Both the position numbers and the translations under genes were made by a program. Shown piece after piece: positions 36,189-50,200 of a DNA stretch of 64,000 bases. The stretch comes from Paraspadella gotoi (taxonomy: Eukaryota; Animalia; Chaetognatha): NCBI GenBank assembly GCA_051294375.1, contig CM119265.1, positions 2,084,311 to 2,148,310 of the forward strand, read 5' to 3'. Every line of letters starts with the position of its first letter. Positions within the stretch are counted from its first letter, which is position 1. The notes beneath the pieces are model-generated. The model made no database searches and was not told the DNA's origin. It saw nothing but the letters and a program-made list of their open reading frames with translations.

Positions 36189-39100
36189 TAGTCTTGGCTT
36201 TTAATTATTTATTGTTTAGACCGTTAATTATTAAATTTACTGTATTTGTAGAGACGTTTTGAGTCTCCACGCTTTGCGGACCTTGTTCGAGGATGTCGCC
36301 CGTCGAGAAAGGGGTTCTGACGAGAGTCTTAACTATTTCTTAAGAAATCGATAAGACGAGTTCAAAAACGGAAAAACTTGTATTTTCTTCGTGTCACAAG
36401 ACGTAGCAGACGTGACATAAATAGTAGCAAAAGTCAAAGACTCGTAAAAACGTTTAATAACGAGCGACGTTTCTTCATAATGGTTTAACGGTCACGGCCA
36501 AAATCAGGAAAGAGGGAGAGAGAGAAATGACCACTAAAAAGTTCACGGATCACGAGGCGAATTTCTCTTCAGTATTACTGTATTGCTGTATTACTGTATT
36601 TAATGTCTACTGATCTCATTTATTTCTATTCTATGTAGTATGTACTTTTCTACAGCAGAATTTATGCATTAAAAAACTGATATACGACAAATATTATTTA
36701 ACAAATGCAGACAATGGACAAATTGGACATGTTACTAGTAGTAAGTTCAGCCCCTCATCTGTACGGTTATGTCAGTATTAGTAATTTAGTACTATTTTGT
36801 TTAGTTTAGTTAAAAAATGAGTTTGAAAACAGATCTCTCTTGGCAAAGTTTAAAAAAACAAGAGATTATATTTTTATTGTCAAAAAAACAAACAAAACAA
36901 AGAAGTCGAGCTCATTCGTTTCTTTGTTTCTAATTTTTATTTGGTGTCAAAGATTTTCAAAAGATTATGGATGCAATCAGCGTGCAATCAACTGATCGCA
37001 TTCGTTCGCCGCCGACTGCATCCGTTTATGAACTATGACGCTCTAATTGCTGACCAGATTCTGAAAAAAAAGAAGCTTTTCCCCTTTCTTCACTTTTCCT
37101 GCCGCATTGCAGCATTGCAGCATTTTATGTCTCCTTTTTGCGATATTTCGCTAATGTTTTTGGGTTCCTTTTTATGGAGAGATATTTCTGCATTAAAAGC
37201 GTTGGCCATTTGCCGAGAGACCTTTGGGGCATTGGCGCTCTCATGCCCTTGAGGTCCACTACCCACTGGGTAGTACCCAGTCGCTTATCGTACCTGTACT
37301 CCCCCCTCCCTTTAAGCTTGCTTTCGCGCTTGTGTTTGCGTATCGTGACGCCGCGTAAAAAAAACAAAAAAACTGCGCTGCGCATTTTTTTTTCGTCGCT
37401 TTTTGCTACGCGAGAATATTTTTTTTTGCTGACGTTTGAGAACAACTTGTGTAATTAATTAAGTGGATTATGAAATAATGGCTTTGGAGAGAATAAGGGA
37501 GGGAGAGAGGAGGGGCTGCAGAGGTGAGGGGAAGAGGAGCGAGGATGCAGGAAAAGAGAGGAGCGAAGGACTATAGAAAAGTAAAGGAAAGAGAGGAGCA
37601 AAGGAGAGTAAAGATTAAAGATAGTAAAACTTGAGTGAGAGAAAGAAATAATATCGAGAGAAAAACAGAGAAGATACTTAAGAATACGAAAGTTGTACTT
37701 TTATTAAATTGAAACATTCTTTGAAATAATATACCACTTCATTGATTGGAAAGACAGGTACTCTGGGAGTGAATAAACGAGACTGTGAGAGAGTCTTGAT
37801 TGAAAGCTTGCCTGCAAGCCTGCAGGCCTGCTGCTTGCTGCCTGCAAGCCTCGAACTGCTATGTCATAATCTTGTAAGAATGATGGAGACCCTAAACTAC
37901 CAAAATCTGTCCAAAGTCATGGGCAAGATAGCTTATTTATATATTTATATAACCATTACACCAATTTTACATAATATAGAGAGAAAAAAGGTGTGAAAGA
38001 TAAGTGAAATAAAGTTAAGCAAAGGTCAATATGAAAACTATCAATATAATAATTATGCATTCATTTAATAAATAAGCTATCTTGGCCCTGACTTTGGACA
38101 GGCTTTAGTGGTTTAAGGCCTCCATTACTCTTACAAGATATTGACATAGAAGGACCCTGAAAGTTTCAATCAAGACTCTATCACAGTCTTGTTTATTTAA
38201 GCCCAGAGCACCCGGCTTCCCTATCGATGAAGTGGAATAACATTTTAAAATACGTATTGCATTGTATTGCATAAAGTATTGTAGAAAATCTTTTAAAGGA
38301 AAGAAGTCAACTAGTAAGAACATTTAAAAGGAGAAAGAGAGGGGAAGAAATTAATCCCCTTTTTCTACTCTGAATAAAATTCCTGAAAGTCAACAAAGAC
38401 TCAGTGGTGGAAGGACTAACGTCGTGGTCGTCGTTGCCTAAAAGGGTCATCCATGTTTGAGCTAAAAAAAAGTTAATTCGACCCAAGAATTTTTATTTAA
38501 ACTCTCGACAGTGAATGAAAAAAAAAGCCTTTTTTTTCCCAGAACGCCTCATTTTATGTTAAATTCGAAATTAGGTTAGAGTTACCGATTAGGCTTACGT
38601 TTGAGAATATATTGAGGTAAAAATTATATTCTAGGATAAAAGAGCGAAAAAAAAATTATGATGTGGAAAAAAAATATGTTGTCAATGGAGGAATTATATC
38701 GGATTGCGTTGCTATGGAGATTTGTTTATTTTTATTTAGTATTAAGTAACGGGGTGGTTCACAGCTGAAAGATTTTATTATTTATAAAAATATTTAGTTT
38801 TGTGGTACTACTACTCGGAAACCATATAGATTCGAGAATTATCGTTTACATTTTGTACAATTTCGTTTGTTAACCAATGGAATTGAAAACTATTTTATTG
38901 ACTTTTCGCTGTCTAAACCTTTCATTTATTTCGTCGTCGTCATCGTCGTCGTCGTCGTCGTCGTCGACACCGTCGTTTTCTTGGACAACACAATATTTCA
39001 ATTCTCCCCTCCTCTCTCTCTCTATCTTCTCTCTCTCTCTCTCTCTCACCTCTCTCTTCTCTCTCTCTCTCTCTCTCCTTCTCTCTCTCTTCTTCTCCCT

Positions 39101-42100
39101 CACATTTACTTAATTTGATTAGATTTGTTCCTTCCGCCAACGTCATAAACCGGCTTTCTAAGGTCCTCCCTCTCTCTCTCTCTCTCTCTCCCTCTCCCTT
39201 TTTCTCTCTCTCCCTTCCTCCTCCTCCTCTTCCTCTTCTTTCCCTTCTTCCGATTTTTATTACGAGATCCACTTGACCCACAAAAACCTGCGCTTGTTTT
39301 CTTTCCAAGCTTTGATTGGTCAAATCCGAGAGGCAAGCTCGCGAAGAGCTTTCCAAAATTATCATCGCGCGCCTGAGCAGTATTCTTTAAAAGGATAAAA
39401 CAAAATCTATGCGCGCACATTGATCTCGATATTTAACAAAATGAGTAGTAATCCTGTGACTTACACTAACATATCCCGACTCTATAATTCACTTTGTCGG
39501 TCCGTCGGTCCGCCCCCTCAATCTTGTCGGGCATTCACTTATATCATGTCAGAAAATCGAATTATGATAAATTATGCAAAAAAAAAAACGATGTCCGTCC
39601 GTCCGTCTGTCCGTCCGTCCCACCTTAGCAAAAAACACCAATTACTCGTGATTGGATGGATGGATTGGAATGAAAGTTAAGCAGAGAGAGAGAGAGAGAG
39701 ATAGATAGTGTATTGTATTGTATTGAGTTGCCGAAGCAACCTAATTGAATTGAACTACAGCCCGTCGTCGTCGTCGTCGTCGTCGTCAAAAGCAACGAGT
39801 CAGCAGAAAAAGTCAGCGACTGAAACCAAAAAGCTGTCACCACCAAAACGAAATACACTGAGAGAAAGAGAGATAGAGAGATAGAGAGAGATATTTAGGG
39901 GGTGAGAGAGAGTGAGAGAAAAAGAAAGAGAGAGAAAGAGTAACAGTTGTAATTATAAACAGAAAAAAGGATAAAGGATAAAGGAAAAATCAAGTAAAAT
40001 ATTTTTTATTTACACAAACACATTACACATACAAATACTCTTAAATTCTTAAAAACAATTCTGTTTCTCTTTTTTTTCTCAATCATTTTTAGTTGCGCCG
40101 CGAGTGCTCGCGGAGCAACTCTATAAGTCTCTTTTTGGTCGGTCAGTCCGTTGGTCGGTATGTCTGTCCGTCGTTAAAAATGCTGATAACTCGCCTAAAC
40201 TTGGTTGCTTATCCTAAAACAATAACTAATTTTGATGCAGTGCGAGTCATAAATTTACGGGCTAAGAAAGTTATTGTAGTCATGCAGTCATGTAATGTTA
40301 TGTGATCAAAGGGAAATACACTTGAAAATAAGTCACTGCGGCGCAATAAAAAATATTTCACAGATAAAGAAAACTATTTTCACAAGAAGTAAAAAAGTCT
40401 GAAAAAAGGAAATATGACGCAATGTAATTGGAGAAAGTTTCATTTCACGTTTAATTATTTTATTAAGTAAAAATTTAGTTCAAATAAATTACAAGCATTG
40501 GAATGACAACAAACACCAAATTTTGCAGATTAACTTGATAAACATCTCGACTAAGAATTAATTTCATATTTTCTTCTGCTTTTACAGTAAAATTCTGCAA
40601 GTTTACTTTTTCATAAGATTTTTTTCGTAGTTGGTAACGTAAACAATAATACAAGAGCTGACTGAATCCTTTGATATAGTAAAATTCTGGAGCGATCAAG
40701 TGAGAATCAGGTTTATACATTGAAATGTCATACGAACGAGGCAGATCTTGTGGATTGAATGCTCCCATTGATATTTTATTTACTTTAGAATCTTTTAGAA
40801 AAAAGTTCTCATATATTAAATTAATGAATATATATATAAATGATAGAAGTACAACTAAGTAAAACTTGCTCTGAAGATTGAATATCTTAAACTTGAGACG
40901 AAACAATATTGTCATTAGCGGTACCACTAAAGCTATAATGATAAAGGCAAAGTTGTCCGAAACTAATTTTAGGGAAAATAGTTGGTCATGTATTTCTTTA
41001 TCAAGTAATAAGGATTTTTGAACACTAAGATTTGAAGAGCAGAGTTGATTTGATGAGTACAACAAATCTTTCTTTTTAAATTCTATAATATTAAATACTT
41101 GGATTAATAAATAAAAGCAAAATGAAAAAATAGCAAAAATAGTGCAGTAACCAAACTTCAATTTTATCCTCCTACCAGCTGATGCAAAAAATAAAAAAAA
41201 CCTTATCAAAAAAAAATTCATCATCAAAATTGAATGTTTATAAAAAATAAGTTGCAATTCCATTGAAGATTCATGCATACCACGGGACCACTTCCCTTTG
41301 CTTTTAGGATCAACAATACTTTTGGAGAGAGTTGCTAATGTAAACAAATCTAATACATAAAGAAAAACAGTGCACATTGCTATTATTTGGAATAAAAAGT
41401 AACGAAATGAATTAGTTGACAAAGCAATTATTAGAATATTTAAACCACTTAACAGTAACTCACTTAAAATTAACAAAAGAAGTGTTGTAAAATCTGGTTG
41501 GAATAAAGAATAGTTTCCTAGTCTCATGAGGATATTTATTCCTTTGGTAAAATTGCCAAAACGCCTCTTGTTCTTTGGCCAGTCTAAGAGTTTTTGACAA
41601 TATGGGTTTTCTGAATTTTTATATAATTTCCAAGCTATCCTATGCCACTTTGTTTTGGTATTTTTATCATTTATCCACGCGCAATATGTCATTCCTATTG
41701 CCTTACCCGTAATACGATTAAAACGCAGCACAGCTGAATCAGACTTGAGATAACTTAATCCCCAAGTAATTTTTTGAACAGAATTATGTTTACCATACAA
41801 TTGAGAACCTATTGTGATTTGCATATCAATTAAGAGAAAGAAAGATATCAAAAAAATGGATCTTAATGACGCTTGAAAAAGTTTTAGGACATTAAATCTC
41901 TTTTTTTTAGAAAGTTTTTTTATCTTCCAATTTATTTTCAAAATTTTATTGGTAATTTCTCCAGCCCATTTTATTTCAAGTGGAGAAAAAACTCGGAAAA
42001 AAGAAATTATCAAAAGAAGATTAAAAATTTTTAAATATTTAATGCTGTAAATCATAATAATGTAACACCAGACACACAGGCCCGCCATACACTGTGCGAT

Positions 42101-44175
42101 GTCAAATGCTTTCCAAAAGCTCCACTGATGCTTGATTGGAAAGGGAAATAAAACAAGCTCCCGAAAATTTGCTGCAGTTTTTGCCAAGCTCATTGTAGAT
42201 AAAGCCAAAGAAACTAGTTGAAAAGTTTCCTTAAAAAATTAATACACAACTTTTATTTGGGCATCCTAAAAAAAATTCACGAGCATAGATATTTTTATTC
42301 AAAAAGTTTGAGGGTACCATCAACCATCAAAATTATATACATCTATATCATAGAATTTTTATTTATTTTTATTTTTTTTTTGATTCTGTTTGCGCATTAA
42401 CAATTTTTAAATCCTCTCCAGAAAAAAAGTTGTCATTTTTTCAAACACTTATTATCACGCGGTTATTATCAAAATATGTAGAAAAATATTATAATATACG
42501 ATAAAATATGTAATTAATATATGACTTTAATAAGTAATAGAATATTATATTTTGCCTCAAGAATATGATTATGATTTAAATAAACGAGAAGTAAGGTAAA
42601 TAATAATTTATTTACAACAACGAGAAGGAAAGACAGTGCCGATGAGGGCTTGTAGTAGTGTATCACTGTAATACTGTAATACTGTGATTTCACGTAAAAA
42701 TTGGATTAGAGAGTAAACCCACTGACCATCTGTAAATATATGTAAATTATCTGCGCAGATGGCGAGATAACAGATTTTTTTCTCTTTCGATCGCGAAATA
42801 AAAAAAAACAAATTTCGTTTTGTGTCGTTTTGTGTCTCGAGGTTCGAAGAGAGAAAGAAGGTAAAAGTCGATTAATTGGCGGGGCAGCTGCTCGGTGGCG
42901 GCGACGGCGGCGGCGGCGGCGGTGGCGGAAGGGGTGCCAATGATAGGATTTGTAGTTTGTAAAGGACAAAAAAAATTTTTTAATGATTTCCCTAACTCAA
43001 ACCTGGGGTCCCTGCTTGCTTGTTCTAAATCAGTTTAGTCTGCACACACTAGATTTCACTTGCTTTGCTTTACACTTTTTAGTCTTAATAAACCAGATGG
43101 CTGTACAACCAAAATAGCAATTTTAAAGACAAAATAACAATAAATTATTTAAGTATTTCCACCAGAGATTTTAATCTTTGTTTTTGAAACAAAGTTCTTT
43201 ACTTACACCTGCTCTTTAATAAAATAGCAATTGTGTTTTTTAAATTTTTATTATCTTAAATCTTTTTGTTTTTAATCTTATTTTTGGTTGGGTTTGGAAT
43301 TAGATGAAAAAATATTTCAGTGCAACAACGATGCAGACGCGCGTGGTGACGTTCACCACATATATCGAAACAAAAATAATATTATTTTTATTAGTAAATA
43401 TTTTTGCCAGTACCAAAATATTATTAGTGCCGCAGTAACAGTTCAGTTTTAAGCCCTTGAAAGTGATTTTACATTTATTGGCGCAGCCACTGGTTCATTT
43501 TCCTCCTGCCCTGCTTGTTTCCACGACCAATCAATTCGCCATTTTGTTTTTTCTCGTCGTAGATTTTTTTCCCTTCGCTTCAGTCGCGTTTCGCCCGAAA
43601 TCTACGACGATAAATCTCCACCAATCAAGAGACGAGGAATATACATGTCGACCAATCAAGAGACCAGGAGAATTTCAACCAATCAGAATAAAGAAAAATT
43701 TATTTCCCAGGTCGTCAGTTGCGTGTGAATTTATTTCTCGCGCACAGCGAGTTTCCAGGTTGCGTGTAAGAATAATCAAGCGCTAAAAATACTGAGCAGC
43801 AATTCTTTAGAATAAGGTTATATTTAAAGATTAGGTTAAGGTTTTACTATGAATTAGGAGGTTAGGACCTAAAAATAGGTTTAAAGTTAAAGATTGGGTT
43901 AAGGATAAAGCGACAAAAAAGAGTCACACTGTTATATATCTAATGGGACAGAATGTATGTAGCTTGCACTGAATAGAAATATTGTACTATATTTTCAGTT
44001 TTAAATGTCCTCCTTATTTTATTTTCTTTCCATACGAATTCGCGATAAAACAAACCCGACTGTTCGGCCTTCGCCATTTTCCTTTACAGTCGTAACCCTT
44101 TTTTCTTCTCTTTTATTCCCTTTTATCTGGAATCAAATCGGAAATCTCGGCTCGTTTTGTCAGCGTCTCTCGGGG

Positions 44176-44231
<56 letters not shown>

Positions 44232-47200
44232 AGGAGAGAGAGAGAGAGAGAGAGAGGAATCGTCGCGCCTGTGAAGCTCAGTTTGGAGGAAATGTGGAAT
44301 GAAAATGGAACCACATGCTGCATTGCACTGCATTATACAGAATTGTGGCAGAAATATAGCCTGCCATGAAAGAATGCTGGCAAACACCGTAGCAATGGCA
44401 TGTCATGAAAGAATGCTGGTATGCCATGACAGAATGCGAGCAAGCCATGACAGAATGCTGGCTTGCACCTTAGCAAGGGTTTGTCATAAAAAAATGCTTG
44501 GAATGCTATGACAGAATGCTGGCATTCCATAACAAAAATGCTGGCATGCCATGACATAATGATGGCATGCCATGACTGAATTCTTGAAATGCCATGACAG
44601 AATGCTGGGAAGCTATTACAGAATGCTGGCAATAAAAAAAACAAAATCGTGGAATGCCATGACTGAATACTTGGATCCTATGACAGAATGCTATATTGCG
44701 ACGACAATATGCCATGCCATGCCAGTCTTGGCTCAAACCGACAGAAGCGATTTTCGCGCGAGAGGAAACTCGTTGGGAGAAAAAGCACGTGATGGTGGCG
44801 CGTGGATCTGACGAGGACGGCATTCGTAATGTCTCGCTCTCTCTCTCTGGCTCTCTCTCTGTACTCGTCGTATTCTTTCCCTTTTCTTTCAGTAATCAGT
44901 TATTTATTCTCCCTCTCTCTCTCACCTTCACTTGTTTCTCTCTTCTTCTCTCCTTCCCTCACTCCCTCCATTCCTTCCTCCACCTTCCTCTCTCCTCCCT
45001 TCCCTCTCTCTCCTTTCCTCCTCCATCTTTCCCTCCCTCCTCTCTTCCTCTCTCCCTCCCTTCCTCCCTCTCTCCCTTTCTTCCTCCCTTCTCTTTCCCT
45101 CCTTCACTCCCTCCCTTCCTCTCTTTCTTCCTCCCTCTCTCACCCCCTCTCTCTCTCCCTCCCTTCCTTCCTCCCCCTTCCTCTCTCCCTCCCTCTTTCC
45201 TGACTCCCTCCCTTCACTCTCTCCCTCCCTCCCTCCCTCCCTTCCTCTCTCCCTCCATTCCTCTATTCCTCCCTCACTCCTCTCTCCTTCTCTCCTCCCT
45301 CTCCCCCTTCACACAATGTCTGGTATTAACCTCTTCTAAATGAAACTGGGACCAAGCGAGTTATTCGGCCCCAAGCTTTTTCAATGAAAGCTTGGGCGAT
45401 TCAAATAAGCTTGTTGAACCAAAAACAAAATTTCAAGTTTTTTTCTATTTATAAAATTTTTAGAATTTTTAGAATTTTTAGAATCATGGCAGATTAGGAG
45501 GGTGATTTAAATAGACGATGTCTTTTTGGTCATAATAAAAATAATAAAAATGCCCAACTACATATTGTTGTTATTCCCTTTTAAGTTGCGCTGCGAGTAC
45601 TCGCGGAGCAACTCTATAAGCCACTTTTCTGTCGGTCCGTCGTCCGTCGGTCGGTATATCTGTCCGTCGGTCATGTCTAACTTACGTTAAAAATGCATAT
45701 AATTCCTTATAGTTGGTTGCTCTTTTGTTAAGACGGGAAAAAACCTCAAATCTAAGTGACTGCTAGCGCCGCCTTCAGGAAATCCTGAAACTAAAATATA
45801 ATAAAAGACCAATTTTGATGCATTGCATGTCATAAATACACGGGCATAGAAAGTTATGGCAGTCATGTAGTCATGTTATGTCACGTCATGTCACGTCATG
45901 TCATGTCACAGATAAGGCAGTCACTGCGGCGCAACACATTTGAATTACCGTTTTTTTTGTTTTTACGCAGCGAAACGATCTGATTGACAATACTTTGAAA
46001 TGCTGGATTATGTTCCATATTTACCTAACATCCTAATTCTAGAAAAAAAAATAATGATAAAACAAAGAAAAGAAAACAGTTTTAAAAAAAGAAAAAAATA
46101 AGAAAAGCAGAAGATAAATTTCTTTTCCAAATATTTTTTAAGACTTTTTCGTTGATTATTTATAAATCATTTTGTCGGATCAGCAAAAAAAAACAAGATT
46201 TTGTTCTACTTTTTTTTAAAAAGTCTCTGATAAAAAAGAAAGTTAGAAAATAAATTAAAGATAAAAAGAAAGAAATAAAAAAAATAAGAAGAGAGAGTAA
46301 GAGAAAGAAAAGGGGAAAAATTATGGTCAAAAATTGATTGAAAAAGCCTGGGTTTTTTTGCTATAGAGGGAAACCACCAAAAGGGGCAGACATTTTCTCA
46401 TAGCTAGGGTAACCCCTCGGGAAGGCAATTTTTTTACCCCAAGGGAATTTGCTATGGGCCGCCCCTAAATCCCTAAAAAATTATCCCCCTGGAGGCATAC
46501 CTAGGTATATAGTTTTTGTCACACAAAATCTTCGTTCTGATGTGACCGACTGTGACAAGCTTGCGACAGGTCACTTTTGAAGCGACATTCTGTGACCGTT
46601 GCTGCAACAGAGTGTAAAATTTTATTGGCCTATAAAAATGTAAATTTGATCCATCCATTGAAAGTTTTTAGTTTGTAAGAAAAGAGAAACTATTTTAATA
46701 ATTTTCAGAATATTTTTGGCGCCCTATTTTTGACAATAAAAAATAAATTAAATAAAGAAAGAAAGAAAGAATACAAACCCAGCAAGAGAAGAAAAAAAAG
46801 GAAAGGAATTAAACGATTTCTTGTTATATTTGAGTTATATAACTATTTTTTGTCCTACTTATTGGAAGGAGGAATGTTTAAAGAAAGAAAAGCGATGAAA
46901 TGAAGAACAAAGATATAAAAAGAAAAAAATTAAAACTTTTGACGTTCATTGATAAAATCCTGTTTTGAATCCTACCCCTATTCTGACCACAAAAAGATTA
47001 ATTTCAAAGTTAAGCAATTGCATCAGGGAGACAAGATAAGAGAGTGCAAGAGAGAGGCAGAGAAAGTAATTACTTTCATGATTTTATATCTCTTAGCATT
47101 TGTGTATTAACCGTCACTGTGAGTTTGTGAACTGCGTCTGAACTTCTATTTTTAGACTCATTTTCCGAGAAGATTGTGAATGATTGAAAGAATAAGAAAG

Positions 47201-50200
47201 AATGTAAAGAAAACAAGGATGGAAAAAGAATTTAAGAAAAATAAGATAGAAAGCGAACGAACTCATCTATTCCAATTGAGTCAAATCAATTTTTCTGAAT
47301 GTAATCGATATATATCTCTAGCAAACTAATTTTTGTTCTACTTCATTTATGAAAAAAAAAAACTCAGCAAAAAAGTAGAATTGAAAGATTATTATTTCAT
47401 GCAGTTGATAACTGACAACTGGCTCCAAATTTTAGGAATATATCTGTACGAGCAGAAGTAATCCTTTTCTATTTTAAAATTAAAATCGGTTTATAAAACT
47501 ACTTTTAAAGATGTACAGATGTACTGATGTACGGTTTTTGCTTCTGATTGCGGGAAACATCTTACAATTTATAGACGTTGGCACGGATATTCAAACATCC
47601 AAAAATTATATTAATGATACTGAATTTACCCTTAAAACTCTTGGTTGGGTCAGTTGGATAGTAATTTTAATTAAACAATACCATTACGACATTTTTGGCC
47701 TGGCTGCAATAAAAATAAATCGATCTATATATCCAAGGCTTTACAAAAAACGGTGGATAGGATTCTGACTATTATATTTCATTGTTTAGGTTTAGGAATT
47801 TGTCCTCAATCTGTTGACGCTTTTTTGGACTACCATTATTGTGACAATCAGCTCAGGTGTTCAAAAAATTTCAGTAATAAAATTTCTTAGTCTTTTGTGC
47901 CTAATTTACCTAGTTTAAATTGGATGATATTTAATTATTTAATTTATATATTTAAATTTTAAATTAGATAAATTACTATATGGGTATTATTAAATATTAT
48001 AGGATTATTTCTGTGATATCATAATGAATGATATATATATATATATATATATTAAGGAGTAGTAAATTTCTAAATTTAACTTAAATTAAAATTCTAAAAG
48101 TGAGGAACGAACAACATTAAACATGAACATTTATGTAATAAAAAAATTTATAATAAATTTTACAATTACGCAGTAGGCCATATAAATATAACCAATAAAT
48201 ATTAAAATTTCAAAACAGTTTTTTCTAAGATTTTTTTGCAGATTTGGATTCGTCATAAAAAAGTTGATAAAAAGAAATATAATTCTTTTTGAAAATTCCT
48301 TCATTAAGTAGGTCAAAAATTAGAAAAAGCTATATTTTAAGCTGAAAATTAACTTTTTATATATTAAATATAGTTTTTTTTAATTTTAACCCACTTAATG
48401 AAAGAATTTTTAAAAATGATTTTTATTTTCTTTTATCAACTTTGATGAGGAATTCAAATCTGCAATCAAAATTAGAAAAGCTTATTTTGAAATTTTTTCG
48501 ATTTTATAAGGATAGTACTATATATAAATACAGCCTACTGCGAAAATTATAAAACATAAAATTAATTTTTTTTACAAATTAATGTTCACTGATGGTATGT
48601 TGTTTATAATTGACTTTTAAAATTTTCGTATGTAACTTTCACTACGCCTTAATATATATATATATATAACATTGTTTTTTGGATTCCTGACATACTATAG
48701 CTCTCTTGATTACAATTAAAAGAGGACGTGATCAAAATTCATAATTTGCTTCACTGCATCTTCGAGTCTTTTCCCCAAATAGTCATTCAAATTTATGCTT
48801 TGTTGATTCTATGGACAAGAGGACTTCTTTTATTTGCTTGAGAGACAATGGTTTTCGTCCTCAGTCGATTTCCCAAGGCGAAGCGATACGCAATCTCTAT
48901 TTGTTTCGAGTCTTTGAAAATGGATCAGTCATTAAGCAGCGTCCTTTCGTTCATTGCACTTGTTACAATTTTATCAAAGGCCAATTTTTTTGTAAATGGA
49001 AAATTCAGGTAAAATGTTTTAACTGGACCAAATTCCAATTACTAATATGTATTTGTTTAGAAAATTTGTAATAATACCTTTCATATTTTATAAAATCATT
49101 GTATAGTTTCTTCAATTCGTTGGGTTTGAGTTTAGACGAGAAGTAAGGTAAATAATAATTTATTTACAACAACGATGTTTCAAGCCTTCATCACCGCTGA
49201 TGAAGGCTTGCAACTAAAAAGCCGAAACATGTCCGATTCTCAATATTANNNNNNNNNNNNNNNNNNNNNNNNNAATTATCTTACATTTGAACTAATTAAA
49301 ATCAAGTCTGAATCAGAATCACGTCATATCATATGATTATTATAAATAGATATATCATGATTATCTTTTTGTGGTCAGAATAGGGGTTCGATTCNNNNNN
49401 NNNNNNNNNNNNNNNNNNNNNNNNNNNNNNNNNNNNNNNNNNNNNNNNNNNNNNNNNNNNNNNNNNNNNNNNNNNNNNNNNNNNNNNNNNNNNNNNNNNN
49501 NNNNNNNNNNNNNNNNNNNNNNNNNNNNNNNNNNNNNNNNNNNNNNNNNNNNNNNNNNNNNNNNNNNNNNNNNNNNNNNNNNNNNNNNNNNNNNNNNNNN
49601 NNNNNNNNNNNNNNNNNNNNNNATATAACAAGAAATCGTTTAATTCTTTTCCTTTTTTTTCTTCTCTCGCTGGGTTTGTATTCTTTCGTTCTTTCTTTAT
49701 TTTTTATTGTCAAAAATAGGGCGCCAAAAATATTCTAAAAATGATTAAAATAGTTTCTCTTTTCTTACAAACTAAAAACTTTCAATGGATGGATCAAATT
49801 TTACATTTTTATAGCCAATAAAAACTTGTCACGCGGTCACAGAATGTCGCATCAAAAGTGACCTGTCGCAAGCGTGTCACAGTCGGTCACATCAGAACGA
49901 AGATTTTGTGTGACAAAAACTATATACCCAGGTATGCCTCCAGGGGGGATAATTTTTTGGGCATTTCTTTAATTTATTTTCTAACTTTCTTTTTTTTATC
50001 AGAGACTATTTAGAAAAAAGTAGAACAAAAACTTGTTTTTTTTTGCTGATCCGACAAAATGATTTATAACTAGAGATGAGCATCGTTCGAATCGAAGCTC
50101 CGATCAAAGATGTCTTCTATATTCACTTCTATTCAAAACTGCATAGTCAAGGCAAACCAACAAAATATGTCAATATGGGCAGATTTCGAAACTTTGGCGT

